A stretch of 64,000 nucleotides of DNA, taken from Acidobacteriota bacterium (lineage in GTDB: Bacteria; Acidobacteriota; Vicinamibacteria; Vicinamibacterales; CAVVIG01). This document shows, in pieces, positions 18,813 through 28,390 of the stretch. The stretch is taken from NCBI GenBank assembly GCA_028876655.1, contig JAGWRA010000280.1, positions 1,556 through 65,555 on the forward strand, read 5' to 3'. A program made the position numbers and the translations under genes. The notes under the pieces were generated by a model. That model was not told where the DNA came from and did not search any database. It was given only the letters and a program-made list of their open reading frames with translations. Numbering within the stretch: the first letter of the stretch is position 1; each line of letters opens with the position of its first letter.

Positions 18813-19148
18813 ATGCCAGACAAGGCTGACGTTCTGTACGGCACGCTGGCGCTGATGATTCTCAGGACGCTCGACGTGCTTGGCCCACTCCATGGGTACG
18901 CACTAGCGCGCCGGATTGAGCAGATCAGCCACGACCAGCTGTCTCTGAATCAGGGAACGCTCTATCCCGCGCTGACGAAACTGCAGCAACTGGGGTTGAT
19001 TGCGGGCAAGTGGGGCGAGTCCGAAACTGGGCGTCGTGCGAAGTTCTACACGATCACCCGTGCCGGTCGTAAGCAGCTGCAGGCCGAGCTCGAGAACTGG
19101 TCTCGTGCGTCCGGCATCGTGGCGCGATTCATCGAGGATCTCTCCTGA
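18813..19148 (+). CDS. PadR-family transcriptional regulator
   Basis: LYGTLALMILRTLDVLGPLHGYALARRIE...QGTLYPALTKLQQLGLIAGKWGESETGRRAKFYTITRAGRKQL. Confidence 0.9.
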   Translation: MPDKADVLYGTLALMILRTLDVLGPLHGYALARRIEQISHDQLSLNQGTLYPALTKLQQLGLIAGKWGESETGRRAKFYTITRAGRKQLQAELENWSRASGIVARFIEDLS

Positions 19149-21802
19149 TGACGCGGCTCCCTCTGGCCGCCCGCGTCCGTCGAACGATGGTGCGCGTAGG
19201 CGACATGCTTCTGCGACGCCGGAGAGATGCCGAACTGGACGAAGAGATCGCCGCGCACCTCGATCTGGCTGCTGCCGACCGGCAGGCCGATGGTATTTCC
19301 GCCGAGGAGGCGCGCCTGGCGGCTCGCCGGGCGTTCGGGAGTGTGCTCCAGACGAAGGAAGCGTGCCGCGAGAGGCGAGGGTTGCCCCTGTTCGATGTGC
19401 TGATGCTCGAGGCCAGATTCGGACTCCGCGGCCTCTGGAAGAGCCGGATCTTCGCAACCATCGCGATCCTCACACTGGCCCTCGCCATAGGCGCGAATGC
19501 CGCCATTTTCAGCGTCATCGATGCGGCCCTGATTCGGCCGTTGCCCTATCACGATGCGGGACGACTCGCGCTGGTTCAGAGTGAATATCGGTCGACGAAT
19601 GGCCGTGGAGGTTGGGGGTACGAGTTCCCTGCCTCGGTACTGGCAGAGCTGACCCAGAAGCTTCACACAGTCAAGAACCTTGCCTACTACACCACGACGG
19701 TGTACGCGCTGGCGGCGACGCCCGGAGCAGAGCTCGTTCATGCCAGCAATGTCTCTGGCAACTTCTTCTCGACCTTGGAAGGGAATCTGGTAGCCGGGCG
19801 ATTCTTGGGTCCGTCCGATCGCCTGCAGCCTGTCGTTGTGATCAGCACGAGGCTGGCTCGACGACTGTTCCGTACGCCTGCCGCAGCGGTTGGCGCTCAG
19901 CTGACCCTCACCTCACATCAGTACGTAGTGGCCGGCGTCGCCGCACAATCGTTCGCGTTCCCGTCCAGGGACATCGACATCTGGATGCCGGCAGCCTACG
20001 CAGACACCGTGCGAGTGCGTCCCGGCAGGAGCACCTTCCGGCCGATTGTGCGCCTTGAGGACGGTGTGCCACTCGAACGGGCGCGAGCCGATATTCGCGC
20101 GGCAGTGTCCGCAGTCGTGAGCGCGCATCCTGAAGCGTTTGGGTCGCGAGAGGTCGAGACTTCTGTTGTGGCACTGCGGGAGCGCCTGGATGGCCGCCTC
20201 CGCCCTTCATTGATGATCCTGTGGGCCACCGTGGGGTTGGTGCTGCTGATCGCCTGTGCGAACCTCGCCACCTTGCTCCTGGCGCGAAAGACCGCTCGAT
20301 CTCATGAAACGAGCGTCCGTGTGGCCCTCGGGGCGTCGTTGGGACGCCTGATGACCCGCGATTTCATCGAGGCGGGGTTCCTCTCGATCGCCGGCACGAC
20401 AATTGGGTTGGTGTGCGCGCAGTTGGCCATTCTTGTCTGCCGGCGCCTGGCGCCCGAGAACATGCCATGGCTGGGGCACCTGGCCCTGGATCGGCCGGTG
20501 ATCATATTCGCTGCGGGTCTCGGCCTGCTGACCATCATCGGCGTCGGGACGCTTCCAGCTCTCGAATCGTTCAGTGCGAACCCGAACCGTCATATTGCTG
20601 GAAACAGCACGCGAAGTGGTCGCCAAATGCGGCGCTTTCTCTGCGTGGCGGAATTCGCGGCAGCCGTCGTCCTACTGGTCGCGGCTTCGCTGCTCATGCG
20701 GAGCCTGGTGGGCCTACTCAGGACTGATATCGGTGTTCGGACGGAGAACGTTACGACAGCATCGTTGGACCTGGAGCTGACCCAACGGCCGTTCAACGCG
20801 CAGACGACCGAACTGGCTACCAACGTGCTGTCCAGGATTCGTGCAATTCCTGGAGTGCGGGCGGCAGGCGCAGGCAGCAGCCTGCCGCCTGACAGGAGTC
20901 ACATCAATATGGCGGTCGCCGGCAAAGAGGGAACCATCGGCTTTTCCGCGTCGGTGGTCGTCGCCACACCAGGCTACTTTCAGGCCCTTGGAATCCGGCT
21001 GCGAGAGGGGAGGCTGTTCTCGACGGACGATGACGCGCGTCATCCGATGGTCATGATCATGGGGTCGACGACGGCTCGTCGGTACTTCGGTCCTGGCAAT
21101 CCGATCGGCCGCGAGGCCTCCTTCCCGATGCCGCCGGTGCCCGGACGACCAAAGGGATACGTATCCATGAGGCTCGTCGGCATTGTGTCGGACGTGAAGT
21201 ACGCCGGGCTCGCCACATCACCACCGAACCAGATCTACCGTCCGTTGGCTCAGCAGCCGTGGCCCGCGCTGTTCCTGGCCGTCCGGACCGACCGGGCCTT
21301 GGGCGGCTTTTCTAGCACCCTTCGGCGCGCCGTGGCGTTTGTCGATCCGTCGCTGGTATTGTCTTCCATTACGCCTATGGACCGGATCATCTCGAGCGAC
21401 GTCAATCCGTACCGATTCAGGACCGTGTTCCTGGCGGCCTTTGCAGGCCTCGCACTGGCCATTGCGGCGATCGGCTTGTTCGGCATCATGGCGTTTTCGG
21501 TCGCGCAGCGGACGACGGAGATTGGGATTCGGATGGCGCTGGGCGCGCGAACGGCTGATGTGATGAGGATGGTCCTGCGCGAGGGGATCCTCGTTGGGAC
21601 TGGTGGGGCCGTTCTCGGACTCGCGGCCGCAGGCGCCATGTCTCGGCTGATCGGTTCATTGTTGTTCGGCGTCTCGCCAAACGACCCGCTCTCGTTCGTG
21701 GTTGCAGCCACGGTGCTGCTGGGCGTCGCCCTGGCGGCCAGCTACATTCCGGCCCGACGCGCTGCGCTCGTCGATCCGGTGGCGGCGCTCCGGTCCGAGT
21801 AG
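19148..21802 (+). CDS. ADOP-family duplicated FtsX-like ABC transporter permease
   Basis: 884 aa. Permease-prefix N-terminus (ELDEEIAAHLDLAAADRQADGISAEEARLAARRAFGSV). Two FtsX-like TM modules with MacB-like periplasmic cores. The start overlaps the PadR stop (TGATG). Confidence 0.85.
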   Translation: MTRLPLAARVRRTMVRVGDMLLRRRRDAELDEEIAAHLDLAAADRQADGISAEEARLAARRAFGSVLQTKEACRERRGLPLFDVLMLEARFGLRGLWKSRIFATIAILTLALAIGANAAIFSVIDAALIRPLPYHDAGRLALVQSEYRSTNGRGGWGYEFPASVLAELTQKLHTVKNLAYYTTTVYALAATPGAELVHASNVSGNFFSTLEGNLVAGRFLGPSDRLQPVVVISTRLARRLFRTPAAAVGAQLTLTSHQYVVAGVAAQSFAFPSRDIDIWMPAAYADTVRVRPGRSTFRPIVRLEDGVPLERARADIRAAVSAVVSAHPEAFGSREVETSVVALRERLDGRLRPSLMILWATVGLVLLIACANLATLLLARKTARSHETSVRVALGASLGRLMTRDFIEAGFLSIAGTTIGLVCAQLAILVCRRLAPENMPWLGHLALDRPVIIFAAGLGLLTIIGVGTLPALESFSANPNRHIAGNSTRSGRQMRRFLCVAEFAAAVVLLVAASLLMRSLVGLLRTDIGVRTENVTTASLDLELTQRPFNAQTTELATNVLSRIRAIPGVRAAGAGSSLPPDRSHINMAVAGKEGTIGFSASVVVATPGYFQALGIRLREGRLFSTDDDARHPMVMIMGSTTARRYFGPGNPIGREASFPMPPVPGRPKGYVSMRLVGIVSDVKYAGLATSPPNQIYRPLAQQPWPALFLAVRTDRALGGFSSTLRRAVAFVDPSLVLSSITPMDRIISSDVNPYRFRTVFLAAFAGLALAIAAIGLFGIMAFSVAQRTTEIGIRMALGARTADVMRMVLREGILVGTGGAVLGLAAAGAMSRLIGSLLFGVSPNDPLSFVVAATVLLGVALAASYIPARRAALVDPVAALRSE

Positions 21803-21900
21803 CCCTCATCGCCAGACCGCCGGTCATCCAGCGGTCATCCAGACGCATCAAACACCTTGAATGGTCTTACGGCTGTCTTGCTGTAAGTGGTTGATGATCT

Positions 21901-22009
21901 TGGTGCGGGAGGTGGAAATCGAACCGAGCCCAGACGGGCGATAAAGCCCACGGGAGTTTGAGTCCGTCTTTTCTTCAGGCAACTGATCTGACCAAGACGC
22001 GCCACCCGC
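21901..22009 (-). pseudogene. degenerate tRNA-Leu(CAA)-like element
   Basis: The minus strand reads GCGGGTGG...TTGGTCAGA...ACTCAAAC...GGTTCGATTTCCACCTCCCGCACCA. The acceptor ends can pair (one U-U mismatch), but the D, anticodon and T arms do not fold canonically. The 3' part is ~80% identical to the fragment at 28332-28390. Confidence 0.3.
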
Positions 22010-22061
22010 CTTGAGAGCATCAGGTGTCGAATTGCCAGGCCAGGAGCGACTCAGCGGGGGT

Positions 22062-24116
22062 TCAAAACAGCGGCGATAGAACGGTATGCCGGATGTGTAG
22101 GGCGTCGGCACCAGCGAACAAGAGGTAAGCAGCGGTCACCGCCCAGAAGACCATCGCGGCCCTACGAAATGCCCTTGAGTGTCCCTTGATAGCGACAGTG
22201 ACGAGTGCGAGCAGGACAAACAGTTCGAACGTTGTCCGCTCTGCGTTGCCGATGTAGACCCATACTGCTTGGTAGTTGAGTGAAACCGCGACCAACCCGT
22301 AGACGACGGCAGCGAAGGTTAATGCGCCTGGGGCGATGATCGCCGACCACATCGCGAGGAGGCTGCCGGCTATGAGGACAAGAGGATACCACGTGGCCGC
22401 TCTGGCAAAACTGGCGACGCCCGAGTAGTAACTGTGATGATAGACCGTTGTCCAGAGGACACGAATGCCAGCGAGTGGAGTGGCCAGATCGTTCGAGTCG
22501 AAGAAGAACGCATGGACTCCCCAAGTCGGCCAGAGCACCCAACCCACATACAGACGCCAGAGCGCGACTGGAAGGAGCGCGATAAGTGCCAGCCGCAACC
22601 CCTCGCGGCGGCCTTCCGTGAACAGCGTCGCGATGGCAAGTGCGAGCACGAGCACCGTGCCGGTTTCGCGTACGAGGAGCGAAGCTGCCAGCCAGAAGCC
22701 CGCCCATGCATACCGACGTTGTCGCCAGCACAAATAGCCACCCAGGAGAAAGGCTGCCGCAATCGGTTCAGGTAGGCTCACTTGGATTGACTGCCAGAAG
22801 CCGGGAACGATCGCAATGAGCAGCCCCCAGAGGGGGCTGGCATCGTTGAACTGGCTGAACGATGCGAGCACGAAGCCGGACAGTCCCAGGCCCGCCAACA
22901 CGAGCGCCATCATCACCGACGGGTACAGGCGCCAGCGATCAGCGGAGACCACCTTCGTCAGCAGCGTAAAGCCGATGCGGCCGTACCGATAGGGCGCCGC
23001 GTCGATGAACCGGTCGTAGACTGACGGCTGATTGCTGAATTGACGCAGAAATGGGTCGTACGCCTCCAGATACATGAACTGTGCGTCGTAGCCGCCCTTC
23101 GTGAACCTCAAGGTGTGGCGAATGTCGTTGCGTCCGTTGACTGTGGGGTCCGCATCATACCGAGATGAGCTCAGCTGAAGGAAGCCGCTGAAGTTGCCGG
23201 CATATCGTGTGTAAAGATCGTGATACACGAGGCGACCGTACGGCATTAGCATCAGCAGACTGACCAATGCGGGCATCGCCCAGGCTGGCCTCCGCTGCTT
23301 GTTCCACCACTGCACGACGGCCGCGCTCACTAGCCATAGACGTGAGAACACCAGGACCAGTACGCCCTCCGTATATCCCAGCCCCGAGAGAAGAACCTTG
23401 TACGGAGAGACCAGCGGCGAAAGGAATACGAGTAGATAGAAGATCGCCACCGGGATAACGGCGGTCCGATAAACTAGGCGAAGTCGGCTCGAGGTGATTT
23501 CGGCAGCTGGGGCCAGGAAGATCAGCAGAAGTGCAATCCCGATACAGGCGGTCAGGGCTCTTCCTGGTGGTGTGTACTGACGGGAGGCCGCAGGAAGGAT
23601 GACCAGATCGTAGGCCCGGGTCGCCCCGTGATGGGTAGCCAGCTCGAAGTAGTCCACGGACCAGGCACTGCTTGGACCATCGATCGCGATCTCGTGACGT
23701 CCTCCGCCCCACGGTCCGTCAACGGCGCAGTCAATCCGCCGAGGTCCGCCCGGGGACACGGTCCTGCGGCAGATCAAACGGCCGTCGATCTTGATCGTGA
23801 ATCCCCGCGGGCCCGTCGCCTGACTCTGGATACGCGCGATGAGCGCAAATGGCGGCTCTAGTACGCTTAGATGCGTGGCCGGGCTGGTTTGAATCTGGAC
23901 GTGTGTTCCGGTGGCGACGACCGGTCGGGTGACAATCTTGAAACGTGCGCCGTGGAATTGGACGTACACCCGCGTTGCGAAGAGCGCGCAGAGTCCGGCC
24001 GAAATCAGCACTGCCGCCAGAATGTGGCGCCAATAGGGTGCGCCGCGACCTCTAGAAGAACCTGACGCGCCGAGCGATGTACGGATCGCGACGTCAGAGG
24101 TTCTGGTGTCAGTCAT
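22062..24116 (-). CDS. large polytopic membrane protein (possible cell-surface glycopolymer formation / glycosyltransferase-C-like)
   Basis: 684 aa: one N-terminal TM segment, a ~170-aa soluble segment, then >10 hydrophobic spans. The start overlaps the stop of the upstream methyltransferase (ATGA at 24113-24116). Confidence 0.7.
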   Translation of the reverse strand: MTDTRTSDVAIRTSLGASGSSRGRGAPYWRHILAAVLISAGLCALFATRVYVQFHGARFKIVTRPVVATGTHVQIQTSPATHLSVLEPPFALIARIQSQATGPRGFTIKIDGRLICRRTVSPGGPRRIDCAVDGPWGGGRHEIAIDGPSSAWSVDYFELATHHGATRAYDLVILPAASRQYTPPGRALTACIGIALLLIFLAPAAEITSSRLRLVYRTAVIPVAIFYLLVFLSPLVSPYKVLLSGLGYTEGVLVLVFSRLWLVSAAVVQWWNKQRRPAWAMPALVSLLMLMPYGRLVYHDLYTRYAGNFSGFLQLSSSRYDADPTVNGRNDIRHTLRFTKGGYDAQFMYLEAYDPFLRQFSNQPSVYDRFIDAAPYRYGRIGFTLLTKVVSADRWRLYPSVMMALVLAGLGLSGFVLASFSQFNDASPLWGLLIAIVPGFWQSIQVSLPEPIAAAFLLGGYLCWRQRRYAWAGFWLAASLLVRETGTVLVLALAIATLFTEGRREGLRLALIALLPVALWRLYVGWVLWPTWGVHAFFFDSNDLATPLAGIRVLWTTVYHHSYYSGVASFARAATWYPLVLIAGSLLAMWSAIIAPGALTFAAVVYGLVAVSLNYQAVWVYIGNAERTTFELFVLLALVTVAIKGHSRAFRRAAMVFWAVTAAYLLFAGADALHIRHTVLSPLF

Positions 24117-24853
24117 CGCCGGGCGTGAAATACGGCACGATCCTGACGAAATGCAGCCCGGAGCCCGTTTCTTCCAGTTGCCCAGTGCTTGAGGGCGCGG
24201 CCAGCGCGGTACACGGGGCCGGGGACCGCGGTGGAGGTCCGGATATCCGCGAATCCGACGCTTCTCAGCAGCCCGTGCATCGCAGGAACATTAGGCGCCC
24301 ACCAGTTTGTCGGATCGTTGTTGAGTTCCGTGCTGGGATAAAACGCCGCGGCAGGCCGATGGATGCCCAACATATCCACTACGGTCTCGACGATGAGCAG
24401 ACCGCTCGTGACCGACGCGACTCGTTCGAGTGCCGCGAGCGGATCCCGGAGGTGGTACAGCACCCCGAGGAACAAAACGACGTCGAATGTGCCAACCCGC
24501 TCAGGGGACAACTCCATCACGTCGATGTCCATGTCTTCGACCCCGGACCGGAGGACACGTCTGGCCAGTTCAAATCCTTCCTTCGTACCCCAGCCCTCGC
24601 CGTGCCAGGAATACGAATCGGTGGCCAAGACCTTGGCTGCTCCGCGGCGCTCGGCCTCGAACGAGAAGAAGCCGTCCCACGCGCCGATGTCCAGGACCGT
24701 CAAGCCGGACAGGGACGCCGGAAGGCCCAAACGAGCAAGACGGTAGGGGCTATCCTCGATTCCCCGGGTCACGACGCCGTCACCCAGATCGATCGTGTGA
24801 AACCATCGAACTGCTTCGACGGCAGACTGGAGATCCGTGTCACTCGTTTCCAT
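24113..24853 (-). CDS. class I SAM-dependent methyltransferase (TIGR04290/DUF1698-like)
   Basis: VLDIGAWDGFFSFEAERRGAAKVLATD ... FDVVLFLGVLYHLRDPLAALERV. Start set at METSD (24853). Confidence 0.8.
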   Translation of the reverse strand: METSDTDLQSAVEAVRWFHTIDLGDGVVTRGIEDSPYRLARLGLPASLSGLTVLDIGAWDGFFSFEAERRGAAKVLATDSYSWHGEGWGTKEGFELARRVLRSGVEDMDIDVMELSPERVGTFDVVLFLGVLYHLRDPLAALERVASVTSGLLIVETVVDMLGIHRPAAAFYPSTELNNDPTNWWAPNVPAMHGLLRSVGFADIRTSTAVPGPVYRAGRALKHWATGRNGLRAAFRQDRAVFHARR

Positions 24854-24976
24854 TGGGCGTCCGCTTCGGCCTGTGGGCCCCAGTTCCGCTGACAGATGAG
24901 ACTCGAATAATAGCACCGTGTCTGGTCCGCGCAATGGCGGTCCACAGTTTCGAAGCTCGCACCCAGGTTGACCTGT

Positions 24977-26311
24977 CTACTCGACGTCGAGCACGATCTC
25001 CAGCGTGGAGGATCCGTACTCTGCGAACCAGGCGAGGCGTTCGACAACGAGGTCGAACACCGCAACGTATCGACCCGGATCGATGATCGCCGGCAGCGTG
25101 ACCGCGACGTCCGCCTGTTCGCCCGGAGCAACACTGGCAGACAAGTCAGCCCTGTGCCAATCGAAGTTCACCAAGGCTCGCGAGCCGGTCGCATCCTCCT
25201 TCAGAAGGTGGACACCGAGGCGAGTCCAGCCACGTCCGTCACGCGGCAACGCCAACCAGTTGGTGTCACCATCATTGGTGATGGAGACGGCGAGCGCAGC
25301 CGCCTCTCCGCTGCGAAGATGCAGGATGTGGTCAGGGCGTGGGGTGCTGATTGTCGCCTGCAGTCGTCCAGGACGCGTGGTATCGGGTGCGGTCCGTCGT
25401 TTGTAGAAGAGCAGGTAGTGGTGCCGCTCAAGCGCGCCCGAGAATCGCCTCCAGTACAGTGCAAAGTTCTTGCCCCCGCAGAAGGCCGCGAGGTCGAGGG
25501 CAGGGATTTCGAAGGGGTGTCTTGCGCCGGCGACGACCACATGAACGTGCGTGAAGCCGCATGCCAACGCGAGCGCAACCAAGTCCTCCAAGACCAACTC
25601 GTTCTCGAGTATGCCGGTCGAGGCCTCCATGCGGGATTGCTGATGTTCGCCGTGGCCCCGTCCAGGCTCGGACATACCGAGGACCCCGTCGGGCTTGAGC
25701 ACGCGGCAGATTTCGTGGAGTACCTCACCCTGATTGGGAATGTGGTGAAAGGCATCGCTAATGATGGCGCGATCGCAGGAGCCTGAGTCGATCGGTAGCG
25801 TGTGTCCATCGTAAGCGATAAATTGAGGCCGAAGGTCCCAATTAGTCGCAGGATCGCGTTGGAACAACTGCCGCCCGATTTCGAGGGCAGTCGGGGAGAC
25901 ATCAACCGAAATCGTGCGGCAGCCGTAGCGATTCAGCATCTGCGAGAGCCAGCAGCTGCCGGCACCAAGTTCGACGACTGTGTCGCCAGCTTGAAGGTTC
26001 AGCGCTTGCAGGAGCACGCCGGTGTCGATTAGGTGAAGCGCCGCGGTGGCCGACTCGCTGAACGGCTTTCGCAACAGAAAGTCCTTGTTCGCGAAGTCCG
26101 CATAGTAATCTTCCGCGGCCCTGTTGTATGCCTCCGTGCGTGCGACGAGTTCAGGCGCCTCGATCGGCGAGCCGGTGCGGGCCTTGAGTTTGAATGGCCA
26201 CAGCATCGTCCGGTACAGGGGATCCAGCAGAGCAAGCACGAGGCACTTGCTGGCCGGCCAGCGATGGAGGACCCGATGGCCGAGTTCATGTAGGTAACGT
26301 TGGGCTGGCAT
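24977..26311 (-). CDS. class I SAM-dependent methyltransferase with C-terminal beta-rich domain
   Basis: VVELGAGSCWLSQMLNRYGCRTISVDVSP ... DRAIISDAFHHIPNQGEVLHEICRVLKPDGVLGMSEP, followed by ~150 extra C-terminal residues. Confidence 0.8.
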   Translation of the reverse strand: MPAQRYLHELGHRVLHRWPASKCLVLALLDPLYRTMLWPFKLKARTGSPIEAPELVARTEAYNRAAEDYYADFANKDFLLRKPFSESATAALHLIDTGVLLQALNLQAGDTVVELGAGSCWLSQMLNRYGCRTISVDVSPTALEIGRQLFQRDPATNWDLRPQFIAYDGHTLPIDSGSCDRAIISDAFHHIPNQGEVLHEICRVLKPDGVLGMSEPGRGHGEHQQSRMEASTGILENELVLEDLVALALACGFTHVHVVVAGARHPFEIPALDLAAFCGGKNFALYWRRFSGALERHHYLLFYKRRTAPDTTRPGRLQATISTPRPDHILHLRSGEAAALAVSITNDGDTNWLALPRDGRGWTRLGVHLLKEDATGSRALVNFDWHRADLSASVAPGEQADVAVTLPAIIDPGRYVAVFDLVVERLAWFAEYGSSTLEIVLDVE

Positions 26312-26428
26312 GTGAACGCAGTATACTCGCCTGTGGGCGGGGTGGTCACCGAACCGGATCGTCCTGCGCCGGGCCGACGTTGATGCCGGTGCGAGGCCGC
26401 CCCGATAGCGGGCACAGGCGAAGAAGAC

Positions 26429-27280
26429 GTGTTCAACGCTACAAGAAAGCCCGCGCGCCCCATGTGGCGCCGAGTGGCCAGCCGCACTCGTCGGGCCGTC
26501 TACCGCCTGGCCACCCCACTGGACCGAGTGCTGCGCCGGTCGAAGGACCTGCTGCTACCGCCGGCGCATCTCCGCCTTTACTACTACAACAGCTTGGCCC
26601 CGGAGGCGTTTGCCCAAGCGTGCCGAAATACCCGGGCGGAATTGATGACTCGTGGTTTGCAGCCGCAGCATCGCGTTCTCGACATCGGATCCGGGATCGG
26701 GAATCTGGCCATCGGGTTGGTTGATTATCTGCAGGGCGGCTACGATGGCGTGGAGATCCACCCAGAGGCCGTGGCATGGTGCCAGCATCACATTACACCG
26801 CGCCACCGGGCGTTTCGCTTTCACCGAGCGGATGTCGAGAGCAGCGCCTACAATCCGAGTGGGCGTGGGTCGGCCACGATGTACCGCTTTCCATTCCCCG
26901 ATCGAGCTTTCGATTTCATCGTCCTCGCTTCAGTGTTCACGCACATGTTTCCTGAGCAGGTGGAGACATACCTTCAGGAGATTGCGAGGCTACTCGCGCC
27001 CGAGGGAAAGTGCCTGGCGAGCTTCTTTCTTCTGAACGATGAAACACGAGCCGGCGTCGAAGCGGGCCAGAGCTTTTTGTCGTTCCAAGTCAATCACGCT
27101 TCGGGATTGTGCCGACTGCACGATGCTGCGGTCCCAGAGGCCGCCGTCGCGATCGAAGAGCGGTTTGTGTTGGAATTGCTTGGCCGGACCGGTTTACGCA
27201 TTGCAGAGGCCCGCCGGGGTTCCTGGTGGCGTGGTACGGCGCACGACCAGGACCTGCTCACCATCGTGCTGAATTCCTGA
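26429..27280 (+). CDS. class I SAM-dependent methyltransferase
   Basis: RVLDIGSGIGNLAIGLVDYLQGGYDGVEIHPEAV ... FDFIVLASVFTHMFPEQVETYLQEIARLLAPEG. Confidence 0.8.
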   Translation: MFNATRKPARPMWRRVASRTRRAVYRLATPLDRVLRRSKDLLLPPAHLRLYYYNSLAPEAFAQACRNTRAELMTRGLQPQHRVLDIGSGIGNLAIGLVDYLQGGYDGVEIHPEAVAWCQHHITPRHRAFRFHRADVESSAYNPSGRGSATMYRFPFPDRAFDFIVLASVFTHMFPEQVETYLQEIARLLAPEGKCLASFFLLNDETRAGVEAGQSFLSFQVNHASGLCRLHDAAVPEAAVAIEERFVLELLGRTGLRIAEARRGSWWRGTAHDQDLLTIVLNS

Positions 27281-27391
27281 AGGGCGTGATTCTGAGCGGC
27301 ATGCGCCAATCGTGAGCTAGCTCATGGCGTTCGCTACGCAACGCTCGGCCTGCAAGACGGAAGTCACGCTGGCGTACGCTGGTGCTTGGGA

Positions 27392-28198
27392 CTACTCGCC
27401 GCCTGTTCCGTGCGACCGCGCCAACCGCACATCGCCGATGTCGTGCCACGGTTCTCTTTTGCTCGCTCGCCACACGGCGCAGTGATTCGAGAGCCGGATC
27501 GACTCGGTGAACGCGCAAACATCCGTGATCTCTGGTGGCACAGTTGGTCGGCTAGGCGGCGGAGCGAAATGCCAGAACGATCGCCACGGCAAAAAATAGC
27601 CCGGATCGATGTACACGAGCAAGTGCCGCTCTGCCGTGCCGGCGCCGCCGAGTTTGGCCCGGTTGTCAGACTTCATGCACTGTCGCCCTGCAGCTGCGAT
27701 CAGTAGGTTGGGTCCGCTGAGGCCACCTTCGCTCGGAACGGGCGCCATGCGAATGAAGCCGGGCTCTTTCCAGTGCGTCACGAAGCCGCTGTAGACGTGC
27801 AGGTCTTCGTAGACCACACGGACCGCCGAATGTGAATAGGCGTCGGTCGGACCAAAGAACTCGAAGATGCGGTCTCGCTCCAACGCCGCGAGTGCCTTGG
27901 CGATGCGACGACGGATGTCCTTTATGTTCGCGCTGATATCCGGATGAATCAGCCAATCCCGCTTGCACTCTCCGATCCTGATAGCGCGCCCGCCCTTCTT
28001 GAGATCTTCAATCGCCGCACTGATATCGCGTTCAGCCCTGTCAATGGCGGCGGTCACTTCGGCGGCGACGAGCACGCCCGTGGGCAGGTGAAGGTCAAAG
28101 TCCGCCACGCTGCGGCTCTGGTCTGAACGATAGACCATCCGCGCACCGGGAACCGCCGCTTCAACGACCATCTGTGCGAGGGTTTCCGAGTGGTTCAT
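27392..28198 (-). CDS. hypothetical protein (possible PD-(D/E)xK-like N-terminus)
   Basis: 268-aa ORF with no overlapping better frame. The N-terminus SVADFDLHLPTGVLVAAEVTAAIDR loosely resembles a D...E-x-K nuclease core, but K is replaced by T. No secure family. Confidence 0.5.
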   Translation of the reverse strand: MNHSETLAQMVVEAAVPGARMVYRSDQSRSVADFDLHLPTGVLVAAEVTAAIDRAERDISAAIEDLKKGGRAIRIGECKRDWLIHPDISANIKDIRRRIAKALAALERDRIFEFFGPTDAYSHSAVRVVYEDLHVYSGFVTHWKEPGFIRMAPVPSEGGLSGPNLLIAAAGRQCMKSDNRAKLGGAGTAERHLLVYIDPGYFLPWRSFWHFAPPPSRPTVPPEITDVCAFTESIRLSNHCAVWRASKREPWHDIGDVRLARSHGTGGE

Positions 28199-28331
28199 GG
28201 GACAGGTGCGGAATGACGCGTCGCGGAATCTGCTCGGAAGGGGGCGAAAGTGGTTGTCGATTACAAAGGTCTGTTACAAAACTCTGTACACGAGGCATTG
28301 TCGTACTCAAAAGTCCAAATTTGCTAGCACA

Positions 28332-28390
28332 TGGTGCGGAGGTGGGAATCGAACCCACACGGGCGGTAAAGCCGACGGGATCTTGAGGCC
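28332..28390 (-). pseudogene. tRNA-Leu(CAA)-like 3' fragment (anticodon loop to CCA)
   Basis: The minus strand reads CTCAAGATCCCGTCGGCTTTACCGCCCGTGTGGGTTCGATTCCCACCTCCGCACCA, with a good T arm (GTGGG-TTCGATT-CCCAC). No matching 5' acceptor, D arm or anticodon-stem 5' strand is present upstream. Confidence 0.45.

Noticed and set aside
21901-22009. Possibility that the tRNA-like element is tRNA-Sec (selC), given the Sec-type selD and a possible 8-bp acceptor stem and TCA triplet
   Set aside because: Position 33 would be C. No 6-bp D stem, no anticodon stem and no T stem can be drawn. The sequence aligns better to tRNA-Leu(CAA)-type variable and T regions.
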